DNA of 62,972 bases, the filler included, from Kipferlia bialata (taxonomy: Eukaryota), in assembly GCA_003568945.1 (NCBI GenBank). It is 3 parts of 3 records of this genome, joined end to end, with 100 filler letters (N's around TTAATTAATTAA, not from the genome) between each part and the next. Parts side by side here need not be neighbours in the genome. Positions count along the whole stretch, not along the records: positions 21,083 to 42,014 come from BDIP01000347.1; positions 42,115 to 62,972 come from BDIP01000350.1; 1 more part is not named here. The stretch is one strand, 5' to 3'. The notes under the pieces were generated by a model that had not been told where the DNA came from, searched no databases, and saw only the letters and a list, made by a program, of their open reading frames with translations. The translations under genes and the position numbers were made by a program. Of this stretch, positions 39,130 through 52,400 are shown in pieces; within the stretch, counting starts at the first letter, position 1, and each line of letters opens with the position of its first letter.

Positions 39130-39365
39130 GTCCCTCCTGACCCAGCACTGGGACCACTGCTCTAATGGGAGGAAGAGTGCATCCTTCCAGAAGTTCAGGT
39201 ATCCATCAGTCTCTCTCTCTCTCTCTCTCTCTCTATATGTGTGTGTGTTTGTGTGTGTTTGTGTGTAGCACTCCCCTGTCCGTCTTACCCCCCAGCCACC
39301 TCCGGTACTTCGAGGTGTCACTGATCGGACCCGGCATCAACACAGACGTCGACCAGGTCATGTAA
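39130..39365 (+). CDS. Orphan last two exons of an unidentified gene
   Basis: Exons 39130-39198 and 39296-39365 splice cleanly to [48 protein letters not shown]. They need a phase-2 upstream exon, whereas the UPB1 exon ends in phase 0. Confidence 0.5.
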
Positions 39366-39677
39366 CAAGGGTGTAGAGGGAGAGAGAGAGAGAGAGAGAG
39401 AGAGGGCCTTGACCGACGGATCGACTAGTAGAAGTATGACCACGTCAGAGTCGCACACACGCCCCGGGGAGTGCCTGTATACATACACTGATACCTATGT
39501 AGAGCATATCTGCATACTATAGATACACGCATTGTACATACAATCAAAAATAGAAGAAAATACACACATTTCCTCTTTTGTGATGCTTGGTATGAATCGA
39601 GTCAATCACTCAAGGTCTATTTGTTACACACACACATCTCAAACCCATATCGGTACTCTCTCTCTCTCTTTCTCTCT

Positions 39678-41525
39678 CTAGAACACTGGTGCGTCCTGCT
39701 TGACGGAGGCCCTGTTCTCAGACCTGGCAGTCAGTCTCTCTCCCGCAAACATTGTATAGGGTACAGCATGCATGTACGAACTCTTGAGGAATCATCCACA
39801 CTCATATATACCCACCTGTTAGTGACCTCCACCACATCCTCCACTCTACCATATCTATATACACATATCACTGTATGTTCATACAAATTAAACTACACCC
39901 CACCTGTTTGTCACCCCCACCACTGTGACCACCCTGTGTCTAATAGACCCAGGGTCTGACACATGGTGCTCAGGAGTGTGCATGTCAGCCTGGGGTGAGT
40001 GTTGTACATATATAATATATATAATAATACAATAAAATATATATTTTTTGTAATATATACATATAATATATGCATACACATGCACATGGTCTGGGGTGTG
40101 CATGTCGGCCTGGGGTGAGGTAGATCTATGGCTATATATCCATAGGTACACAGAAGTTGTACCATTTCTCATATCTGTATGTATACCTTTGTGCTGAGGG
40201 GTCTGACCCTGGGTCCGTTGGCCCGGGCACGCATCCTGAGGGTGAGGCAGAGAGAGAGAGAGAGAGAGCATTGACTTTTCGCTTTGGGGAGAAGTGCATA
40301 TCAATATGGGACGATAATAAATGGCACGTGTCACTATATGTATACTGGTGTACCTGTCACTCTCCCTGGGCCATATATATATGCACACACACACACATAT
40401 ACACATCAATATACATATAGAGTATATAGAAAGCGTTCTGTGCCCTGTACCTGTCACTCTCCCTAGGCCATATGATCTGGGCCACACTCTTGCACAGGGC
40501 AACAGGGGCATAGGCAGCAGCTGGGGTGAGGTACACATGCTATAAACACACACAGAGAGAGAGAGCCAGATCGAAGGACAATATGGGTAATACCGTGACT
40601 CACACACATATACTCGGGATATGTGTATATACACTCTCCATACCTACCACCCCAGCCAGGGACAGCCAGTACACGGGGTCCATGAAACAGCGCATGGCCA
40701 CACCTGGGAATGAGGGTCTAGGCAGAGAGAGAGAGAGAGAGAGAAGGAGAGAGAGTGTGTGTGTGAGAGAGAGAGATAGACTACTGCACCTGTGAGCTGT
40801 GGCATGGACACTGCCATACTAGATGCACCCAGGACATAGCTACTCACAGGGAACAGCAGGAAACACCCCAGGACGGCAGCCCACACGAAGAAGTCTGAGG
40901 CATTAGAGAGAGAGTGTGTGAGAGAATGAAGGGTCTGGGTTCAAGTCCCAACTGCAGTATTCTGACAATTGTGATTGTATCTACCTGCGACGTGGAAGTC
41001 GTGTAGCTGTGTGACAAGCTGGACCACCATGACAGCTGAGGTGTAGAGGAAGCCGAGCTGCCTCATGTCGGCTGGGTTGCCGTCCTAGAAGTGAGGGCAT
41101 ATGTAGGAGGAGAGGAGCCATGGATACTCTTAACTTGAATACTATTATTATAGTGTAAACTCTGAGTAGTGTACCTGTCCAATCCACCTCTCCGAGAGTG
41201 CCACTGAGAGGAACAGCATGACGATGGTGTGGAGCACAGCCCTGGGGTTAGGGACAGTATAACACACTTATATACATATATATATACGTGTATCAATACT
41301 TTGCGATGATGGTGTGGAGCACAGCCCTGGGGTTAGATAGACTACAACACCCACACCCACATACTAATCCACACATATATAGCTGTAGAGTACCTAATCA
41401 TCCAGAAGCATATGGTGCTGAATGAGAACACATCGTCTGGGGAGTCAAAGAGCCACTTGCCAAGCTTGGCCACACCGATCCTGTGCTTCTGGACAAAGTC
41501 AGAGAGAGAGCTGGAATAAGGGGGT

Positions 41526-41560
<35 letters not shown>

Positions 41561-41624
41561 TGGAAGACAACGTCTGGTACTTCCTGTTCTGGGCAATCAG
41601 GAAATGATGGCTATTAGCCATACT

Positions 41625-41660
<36 letters not shown>

Positions 41661-41983
41661 GCGATTACACTTTCATATACAACCCACACTCACCTCTGGT
41701 ACTTCCTGTACTCTAGGAGCAAGGGGTTGACTCTGCGTCTATCTCTGGAGGGTAAGAGAGAGAGAGAGAGAGAGATGTATGAATGTACACATGTGAACAA
41801 GAGTAAGCATACCTACCATACACCCTACACATCATACCTGTACAGACTGGGTGACGCGTTCATGTCACAGAGGGATATACAACATATGGATAGGTATACA
41901 CTAAATATATACACTATATACACTATATGCACCATATGTAACATACCTGTATAAGGTGAGTGATGCGTTCATGTCGTAGAGGG
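39678..41983 (-). CDS. P4-type ATPase (phospholipid flippase), C-terminal membrane region only; 5' part beyond the contig break
   Basis: NPLLLEYRKYQ...VFSFSTICFWMIRAVLHTIVMLFL...QDGNPADMRQLGFLYTSAVMVVQLVTQL...FFVWAAVLGCFLLF...GVAMRCFMDPVYWLSLAGVV fits the flippase TM7-TM10 pattern. Ends SENRASVKQDAPVF-TAG at 39678. Confidence 0.65.
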
Positions 41984-42014
41984 ATATATAACAATTGTAT
42001 AATACACTATATAG

Positions 42015-42114
42015 NNNNNNNNNNNNNNNNNNNNNNNNNNNNNNNNNNNNNNNNNNNNTTAATTAATTAANNNNNNNNNNNNNNNNNNNNNNNNNNNNNN
42101 NNNNNNNNNNNNNN
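42015..42114. other. Artificial contig-joining spacer (N-run + TTAATTAATTAA + N-run)
   Basis: 44 N + TTAATTAATTAA (42059-42070) + 44 N. Confidence 0.95.
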
Positions 42115-45100
42115 CTTGGAGAGTGTCTGGTTGCTGGACTTGAGGCTAGCTATCTCTAACTTGAGACTAGCTATCTCCTTGTTGAGTGAGGTGACCTCGG
42201 CTGTGTTTCTCCTCTTCTCACTGTCTCTCTCCCTCTTCTGCTCTTCCACAGTCTCCTTCTCCTTCTGAAGAGCGCTCTGAAGATTAGCAACTCTGTTCCT
42301 CTCTGTCTCTAGATCACTCTGGGTATTGACAACTGTCACCTCCAGAGACTGTGTCAGCTCTCTCTCCTTCTCTAGTGCTGCCTGTAGACCGACCACCGTC
42401 TCCTTCAGTGAGTCGATCTCCTCTCTCCCATGCAGCCTCAGATACTCAGTATCCTCTCTCTCCCTCTGCTCTCTCTCCTCCTTCTCTCTCTCTTCTCTCT
42501 CTCTCTCGAGTCTCTCCCGCTCTGCTCTCTGTCTCTCTTGCTCCTCCTTTCGCTTCTTCTCTCTTTCCCGTCTCTCCTTCTCCTTGATCTCCTTTCTCTC
42601 CCTCTCAAGTCTCTCTCTCTCCTCCCTTTCCTTCTCCTTTCTCTCTCTATCCTTCTGCTGCTTCTCTCTCTCCACTCTTGTTCTCTCTCTCCTTGCCTTC
42701 TCCTTCTGTTGCCTCTTCTCCTTCCGTATCAGATGTGCCCTCTTCTTGCCGCTGAGACCCTGCATCCTCTCGGCCTGTGATATTGTCCTCTGAGTCCCAA
42801 TACCAGGTTCCCCATTGGACTGGGGTTAGAATAATACTAGACTACTATACATGTGCTAACGAACGTGACACTGCTCAATGAATCGCTTAAAGTTGAATAT
42901 ATGAGAAACGTATATTCACCTGCATGCTAGGCATTTGCGGACACTTGGACCTCAGGTATGCTGCTCCCTCAGCTGTGATCTCATTGTCATCAAGCCACAT
43001 CTGGCATTAGAAAGTTGTTGAAATTCAATGTAAATATTATATTATAAATACTAAATTAATACACATAGATATCGATACTTCACAGTACAAGTCGTGGATC
43101 TTGATTCAAGAAACATGATATATCTCATATTGCATCCATTCAGCACTAACTAAGCTTTCCGTCTACATAACAGAATTCGGAGCAGAAACAATTCCTATAT
43201 CCACTACTTCTCTGCTATGTCTACCATCATACCTTCGATAGGCCTGGTGTTGTGTGGGGTATATCACATAGAGCCTTGGCGCCTTCGTCTCTGATGTGGT
43301 TTCCCTGGAGATTCAACTGGGGTCAAGATCAACAGAGAGCTGACAGGAAGTAGTCATCACGGACCAACAAGGCTTACAGCAGGTACATTACCTCCTTGAG
43401 ATCTGGCAGGAGATACGTAAGATGTCTCATTTCTGCAGCTACTCTATCTCCCATCCCGGTGCTTGACAGATCCAGCTGAAGTTACAATTAATTGTTGCTC
43501 ATTCTTAATAACATAAACCCTAGACGAATACAGGACTACTCAAGAACCACTGGAAAATATCATCATATACTAGAAATGAAAGCCAAGACCAGTATGACAT
43601 ATGGCTCTACTACGTACCGACAGAAGACTTGGCAGATAATACATGGTCTTGTAGAGTGCGATTACTCCTGTGTCTCCAATGGGAATGTTGGCGAAAGACA
43701 ACTAAGGTGAGTCATGAGCCTAAGTGTCTCGAATATGTAATTGGGCCTGGATGCTAATAGTATGGAATACCTCTCTACCCTCAGACTCCAACAACTCTTT
43801 GACTGGTTTCACAACCGACTCTGGGGACTGTTGCTCCCATGGCTCCCACCCCTGCCAGCCTAACTTAGGGGGATACTTCTGGGAATCAGGCTGCTAATAA
43901 TGGGAATGAGACATGTATTCAGAGAAAGCGGTTCCTTCAAGAATCTCTCCCTTCGCCGTACCTTGAAGTCGGACAAGAAGCTGCTGAGGCCCTTCACAAG
44001 TGCTTTCTGCCCCTCAGCCCCAATATTGTTATCATCTAGCCTCAGCTTAGGTAAGAAAGAGTCAGATAAGTATTGTTAGGTTAAGAGACTATTCATTGAA
44101 AATGTGAAGAACACTCACATCATGGAAGGAACTCTCCAAGCTGGAGATGGACTGTGATAGTGCGATGGCGCCAGCGTCTCCAACATCGTTGCCACAGAGC
44201 CACAACTGATGTGAGTTTATAGAGAACACACGTGCAATGTTAGGAAAGGACGCATGTATACATTATACTGAAAATGCAGTCACTTACTTCTCTCAACCCG
44301 AGTCTTTCGGGCAGTGTCCTGGATAGAGCGATAACACCCTTGTCTGTGATACCGTTGCTAGACAGACGCAGCTGGTATTAGTATGGTAGAATCATCTTTA
44401 CAATAGTGCATACTGAATCTAGCTTCAATATCGTTGAGGATTGAGGCCACACCGTCTGAAGGTGTGTCAGGTGGGGCAGCACATCAGCTAATCTGGATAC
44501 CCCATTGTCACCCATACGATTCCCCGCAATACAGAGCTGTGTGTGAGTATATGGACCATACGATGATTCAAATTGGCTCTAGGAGATACAATATGTATCT
44601 GTAACAGAAAGGTGCTATTCCAGCTACTTGCCTAGTATTACTACACATACTAGCATCAAATAATAGTGTAAAATAATATACCACGGAGAGAGCAGGCAAT
44701 CTAGGGAGCGCATCAACAAGCCCAACGGTTGCACTTTCACTAAACGGGTACCCCGAGATACTGATCTAGTATGAGTCCTGAGTGCACTGAGAGTATATAT
44801 ACCGTATACATATACAAGTCACTTAAAGAATGGTGATGGATGTATAGAAGGTACTGTTAGTTTCAATCAATGTAATAGTGGCCCAAATCCTACCTGTTCT
44901 AATCCCGTGGTCTCGCCAATGGCCTCAAACAGCAATTGCATACTGGGGTCTCCAATAATATCTCCCGACAACGACAACTGATATAAGAAACAAATATCAT
45001 CTGATGATCATAAATCATTCAAAGTAGAGTCAGTATTAGTACACGTAGCGCGATCCTGTCAAAAATTTCATGTTCAAGCAGCTAGAGTTCAATGGGTATG

Positions 45101-48052
45101 TTCAATTGATGTCCAATAGGTGTTCAATGGCCGTTCACAAGATGTTCAATACCTTAGTGAGGTGTGGCAACCGGTACAGCGCCTGGAACAATGCAGTAAC
45201 CTCCTTAGCGCCAATATCAACAGTGCACTGGAGCTAAAGTTAGATCAAATGCCCATTCAATTGTATTTCCATAGAATCCACGACATGTCAGTAATGCTAT
45301 TCTGTCACCACGGGGGCTCAACAATGGCTATCTTAACACTGCTGATCACGTACCAGTGTTCCGTCTCCCCTTTGGCACTGTTTCACTGCCTTCACAATGG
45401 CCTGATGGGACTTCTGCTTCCATGCCGGCCAGCCCTGCCAGCCGATACCAGGGTGGTCAGTGCACTGATTATCAATAATAATTATAGAATACAATAACTA
45501 TAAATACTATTTACAATAATAAATACTATATACCCTACCACCCTATGCCAGGGTGGTCAGTGCACTAATTCTTAATAGAGAGAGGTATATAATGATAGAG
45601 GTACAATATGCGGCACTACATTAACGGAGAGACAGAAATAGGGTTATATGCCAGGGTGGTCAGTGTACTGAGTATTCGTAGATATATTGATTAATAGATA
45701 TATATCTGGTAGATATTTAGATATATATCTGTATACAGGCTAATAACTATATATACCGATAGAGTGAGAATGAGAAAGCAAAATTACCAAAGTGCACTGA
45801 AGGGATGTATATGGATATAGAGAGGGAGAATAGAGAAGAGAGAGGAACAGAGGCAGAAGGAAAGACAGGGATATATCATATATTATATATGTCAGGGTGC
45901 GAATTGCACTGATGGTGGGGATAGAAATTATACACAAATTATACAGAGACGTGTACATATGTATATATACCATATATAGAGAGAGTGAGAAAGAGAAAGA
46001 GAGGGATAGGGTTATTTAACAGGGTGCGCAGTGCACTAGAGGTGCGTAAATAGCGCTGTACATAGAGAGAGAGAGAGAGAGAGTACTAACTAATTGTGTA
46101 CTATTCACTCTACTACACCACGTACCTGCATACTGCTGAGTATATATACATAATGTATATGTATATATGTATACACAATATGTATCTATTGAGTGACATT
46201 GTGTACAATCCACTACCGACTACTAATTAGTACCTGCATACTGCTCAGGTGGGGGAGAGCCTTGGTGAGTGCTGAATCACCCTTGGCGCCTATCTCGTTA
46301 TGATCCAGGTAGAGCTGAATAATGAGACAGTCAGTGAAAGCTAACTATTACTTGTATTACACATAGAAGATGCACTCCGATGTTCAGAATATGATGATCG
46401 CAGCATCAAGATAAGTGCACCAAAACATTGGCCAATGGATGGCACTTTGCTGCGGGGGTACACACAGCTAAACTTACCGTTTTGAGAGCTGGCAGCCTGG
46501 CAAGTGTCTGTGAGAGAGCAACAGCCCCAGAGTCTCCAATCTTGTTATCTGAGAGACACAGCTGTAGTTAGAGCTCTGTCCATTCAATATACATGTCATT
46601 CCTGACATGCGAGTCGTTTAGGAATACTATTTGACGTACCGTCTCTAGAGAGGCCAGATTGGATAGAGCCTCTGCAAGATAGGCAGCATCACAGTCGGTC
46701 ATCGCAGTGCTTCCCAGGTTCAGCTGATGTTAGTATATATGCACTTCAATATTCTATACTATACTGTAATACTATATTACACCATACTCTGTATTGACTC
46801 AACGACATACAGAGAACGATGAGAATGCATCAAGGAGGAATGAAAGGCAGTTCCCTTACTCAATAGAACCACTTGTGTCTGAAGGCGCTTCGCAATATCG
46901 CACAACGCAATACAAGCAATAGTATGATGCTTGTATTGTGACGGTCATACTCATCAAGTGAGTGCATGAATATGTCGTACTAAGGATACGGCAAGGTATG
47001 GAACGAAACCTACCTCTCTTAGACTGGTAACCATCCCAATCGCGTTGAACAGATACTCCTTATTCCACGGATCAAATCGACTTCCATCCAATGATAGCTG
47101 TGATGAGTTTCTACCCGATAAGACAAAAGAAATACAGTGAAGATTGTAGCAATGTAGACAATTAGGTGTAGGGAAAAAAATCGAAAAATAGAGAAAAAAG
47201 CATGAGTGGCATATGACTCTCAACTCACCCTACGGAGGGTGGCCAGGTTTGCGAGGGCCTGCATAAGGTACTGGGTATCTTCTCTACCCATCTCGGCATC
47301 TCTACAGTTCAGCTACGGTAAGAACAGACACACACACACACGTATATATACATATATATATGAGTGTTTATTTATATATGTATATATGTAGGATGCACCA
47401 CACAGTATTCATATATAAATTTCATATACATTCATACTGATACCGCAACGATTACAACATATATCAACAGAGAGACTACATATAGAAACTGTTCCCAATG
47501 AAGAATCCTGTCATTTAGTCGCGAGAACATTGTATAATAATTCACTGATCACATTTTGTTATATATTCACACACATGTGGGTATGTATCTATGTATATAC
47601 AAATTTACTAGTATTAGTTACAGTATACACACACACATATATATATTTACAATTGTCGGCCGAAAGTGCCTCTATCGCTCCGAACAACACAGAGTACTTC
47701 TCAATTCAATAATAATAGTGATAATAATGTGTCAATGGATATATATATATATATATACATTTACCTCTATCCCTCCGTTGTCTAGGCACTCTCTGATATA
47801 CATCCGCCTTGTCTGCTATCTCAGGATATGATGGCTTAGAGCCTTCTCCCCATTCACATGGTGGTTCCGGGTAGACAAGCTCTTCCTGGAAGTCAAAACC
47901 AATACACGAATGCATAAAGGTATTATTGTATGTATATATATATGTGTGTATATATATAGAGAGGGAGACACTCTCTCTCAGAGAGAGTTCCTGGAAGTCA
48001 AATCCAATACAAGAATGTATAGAGGTACTATTGTATTTATGTATATAGACAT

Positions 48053-48096
<44 letters not shown>

Positions 48097-48152
48097 GGAG
48101 AGAGAGAGAGAAAGAGAGACATACTCTCCCTGGAACCTACCGACCAGGTTCT
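42115..48152 (-). CDS. Ribonuclease-inhibitor-type LRR protein with E/R/K-rich helix and coiled coil; 3' end truncated by contig break, 5' end uncertain
   Basis: About 16 phase-0 exons of 81-87 nt each encode one LRR (e.g. LCLSDNKIGDSGAVALSQTLARLPALKT, LRLSSNGITDKGVIALSRTLPERLGLRE, LNLQGNHIRDEGAKALCDIPHTTPGLSK). The last LRR splices in frame into the 42115-42819 exon (REKQQKDRERKEKEREERE...). Confidence 0.85.
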
Positions 48153-49167
48153 GAGGGAGATGGGAGAAGAATAGTAACATGGTACATATGTAAATAGTTA
48201 TATATAAAAATAGTTATACTAGTATACATAGATGTACACAAAGTACTATTATATATATATATATACATACCAATGGCATGACGGAGTGTGTGGCTTACTG
48301 ACACACACTCTCAATGTGTGTGCCTTTCTGTCTGTCTCTGTCTGTCTCTCTCTTTTCCTAATTGTACAAGGGTCTGTTCCAGGTTGGAATGTTGGGTTAA
48401 CTAGTGGAACTGGCGGTCAGAACTATGCTATGTGGAAATAGAAACATGTCAAGTAGTTTGGAAGGTGGAGTAGTATTGGGGCGGTGAGGCAAAGCTGAAT
48501 TAACCATATATACAAAAAGAGAAGTACATAGAGAGAGAGGGATAGTCGTAATGAGGGCTGTGAGTCAGAGCTGTAATGTTCAAATTCAGTTCTTTAGTTG
48601 GAACACAAGTGAATGGAGAGAGAGGGAATTCCGAGAGCTAATCTGAGTATATATATAACAACGGAGAGAGAGACAGAGAGAGAGAGAGTAGTCTGGTGGT
48701 AGGGATGGGGGAGAGAGTGAGGGGATTGGGGGAAAGAGAGAGAAATAGAACGGAGAGGATGAGACAGAGACTGAGAGACTGGAGAAGAGTGAGAGAGTGT
48801 GGAGGGGGGAGGGGGGAACACATACTCATGGCATGTATATACTGTTCAAAGTGCACTATAACCACCCCGTGTTACCACAATGAGTGGAATACACAATCAG
48901 TATTGCCATATATACATATATTCGATTCCAGTTCTCACTCTTATGCCGTATAAGACTTATACGTGTGACAAATATCCCCCCCCCCCCCCCCCCCATTTCT
49001 CACCCCCCCCCCCCCCCCCCCCCTCTCCCACCAACATTATGATACTTATTGTCCAGTTAGCTCTCCTTTCTGCGCTCTAGCGGTGTCCCCAGAATTCACC
49101 AGTCCCCCCCACCCCCCTTCCTCCCTCTCTTCTATACCCTCATGCCTGGCCCTGCATGATATTGTCA

Positions 49168-49200
<33 letters not shown>

Positions 49201-49445
49201 TTGTATATATATATATTTGTATATACTTATATATACTTATATATATGTGTGTGTGTGTGTAAAATGTAGCACGCTGAGCCTGAGCTGCCACCATAATCTT
49301 CACGTAAGTACACTGAATACCTTCTATATGTACTTACACTAACCCCCAGAATCACTGACCTGCACCTGACAGTATGTATATATATATATATTTATATATA
49401 CTATAGCACAATACCATCTTTCTATGTGTATATACTAACCCCCAG

Positions 49446-52400
49446 AATCACTGACCTGCACCTCACAGGATGTGGTCTGTTGAGGAAGGAGATCATGGGG
49501 GAGATTAGGTATGTAGTAAAGGTAGTTTATAGTGATAGTGCAGCTAATGCTTCCATATCTCTCTCTCAAGATATCTCTCTCTCTCTCCCCCCCCCCATCT
49601 TACTTTCCCCTCTCAGTCATAATAATAATATCGAATAGTATTGTATATGATTTGTAATTAACCTCAGGTGGTTGGTTCAGAACTATGCACCTGACCTTGT
49701 CGTCAACACAGGTAGGAAGAGATACCCATATATAGTGTATGGAAATGGGCAGCCTATTGCAATACAACGTAATAGTATATATTTGTGTTTTGCATATCAT
49801 CCCTGACCTGGTCGTCAACACAGCTAGGAATGGATATATATATATATATATATATATAGTGTCGATATATATACATACAGGTATAGATATATATCTCCCA
49901 ATGGTATCATTGAATGGTAGTCTATAATGGTGTGCTGTTGTATATTGCTATATATACTGATATCGTCCCTGACCCGGTGGTCAACACAGGTAGAGTTGTG
50001 GTATATACCTCACCAAGTGATATGTACTATTAGGCAAAGTACCAGTGTTTTCGACATCATCCCGCTCTCTATAACAATGCTTGAACCTAGCTACGAATGC
50101 TTACACACAGGTGACATTACTTCATGCACGGCCAAGGTGACCCAACAGGTGAGAGGGAGACATCATATTAGAAAGATAGATATGTATATATGAATACATT
50201 TGACTTGACTTAGAAACACCACTATATTGAGAATGACCGGGGGGAAGAGGGGAATAGGGAGAGTGGGAACAGCTGGTGCCATATTCTAGCAGGCGCCTAC
50301 GCGCATATATTCATCTACCATGAGTAATCGTCTCTGATGGTAAATCCGCTGTAATGATTGTATACTCTTCACCCCGCCAGCATGTCGATGTGTGTTTGGG
50401 TATGTCACCAAGAGAATGGGTATGCTCGTGACCTATCTATGTCTAAGACAGCTGGTGTCCCTATGTATGATAGTGTTCACATACATACCTCCTTGTCTTA
50501 CCCTCCAGGTCCATGTTGATGTGTGTGAGTATGTCACCCAGACACTCGGGGTACCCTACCTAGTCACATTCGGTAAGTGATGCATATGTATATATACAAT
50601 AGTAAATATATATGCGTGGTAAGTATTTCGCTAACACAACTGAACTTCAATAGTGTAGTCTGACTAGTCACAGTCAATGCCTTAAAGTGTGGTGCATAGA
50701 CAATAGGCAACCACGCCGATGACCTGTGGTTCATGTCAGATGAGGAGATATATATTGATGATGAGTATCAAGGATATATATATATATATATATATTCCCA
50801 TATATACCTTAAATTATATATACCTACTCTAGGTAACCATGCCGATGACCTGTGGTTCATGTCGGATGAGGAGATAGAGGAGGCATATCCTGAGGGGTAC
50901 AGGTAAATGTATATGAGTGCACTTGTGTGTATGACACCGTATACTCACTACTCTTTGGATATAATGGGGCATATCCAGAGGGGTACAGGTAATGATATAT
51001 GTAGAAGTATTATATAGGTAGAAGTATATATATATATAGAGGGGGCATATCCAGAGGGGTACAGGTAAGTATTAATATAAGTATTATATAGGTAGAAGTA
51101 TGTGCTTGGTACACAATATACTATCTTAGGAAGACAGAGGGGGCATATCTAGAGGGGTCCAGGTAGTGTATATTTGTATTATATTAGTTAAAGTATGTGT
51201 TTGGTACACTATATATATAGAGGCGGCATATCCAGAGGGTACAGATAGTGTATGTTTGTATTATATAGGTAGAAGTATGTGTTTGGTACACTGTATGTAT
51301 AGAGGGGGCATATTCAGAGGGGTACAGGTGATACTGATACTGGTATTACACCTGTCAGGTCTGATCCTTGCAGAAGGTAGGACATTAGTGTTGGAATAAG
51401 GTACTTGCTCATATAGGGGAATAATGCAGAGTTTATATATTCTCTCATACCAGACGCACTCTGATCCAGGACATTGTGGACAGGTGTATATCACTTATGT
51501 GACCCGCTATGAATATATTCCAGAGTGGTATATAGTAGTATCCGGGGGTTTTGCGTGCTCTCATACCAGACACACTCTGATCCAGGACATCGTGGACAGG
51601 TGTGGAGGGAAAGGGTCACTCTTTATGGGCTATGTAGGTATCAGGACTATATATGGTGGCTATATCGACTTTCACAATGGTGTGTAGTAGATACACCTAA
51701 CGTGCACTATACAAGAATATTAGTATAGATGCTCATTCTTACAACAGGCGAAGCAGAGAGTAGCGAGGGCCACAGTGCTGATAATGTGGTTCCCATTTAC
51801 TCCTCCGAATCAGCCTCTGACCCTGCTGGGTTGATATGGGTACTAGATACACACTCAGGGGGGTTAGAGGAATCCCAGGTATTTGTATCTCTCTTGCGAC
51901 TGTATACATACTACAATAGTATACAGTGTGAGCTTATACGTTCTGTATGCGTATATGGTATACTATCTTGTATGGGTACTGGATAGAGGAGGCACAGGTG
52001 TGTATATACAGATAGTGCATATATATAGTATAATAGTTGGAACTATATAGTGTGCTGCCTTGATATGGGTAACGTCCACACACTCAGGGTGGATACATGG
52101 GAAATATTTAAGATAGTCAGGTATGTATATATATATGTATATGTTATACATATGTACAATATCTGGTATGAGTGCTGGACACACACTCAGAGGGAATAGA
52201 AGAGTCCCAGGTGTATATACATATATATACCTTTTGACTAACCCCACAGGTGGGTCAGAGACACAGTGTCATCACATATATAGTAGGAGACTATCTGGTG
52301 TTACCGTGCTTGTATAGCACATGGTCTATGCTGACCCTCTAGGTCGAGTGGGTCAGAGACACTGTGTCAGCAGAGTACACTGACAATGAGACTGGGGAGA

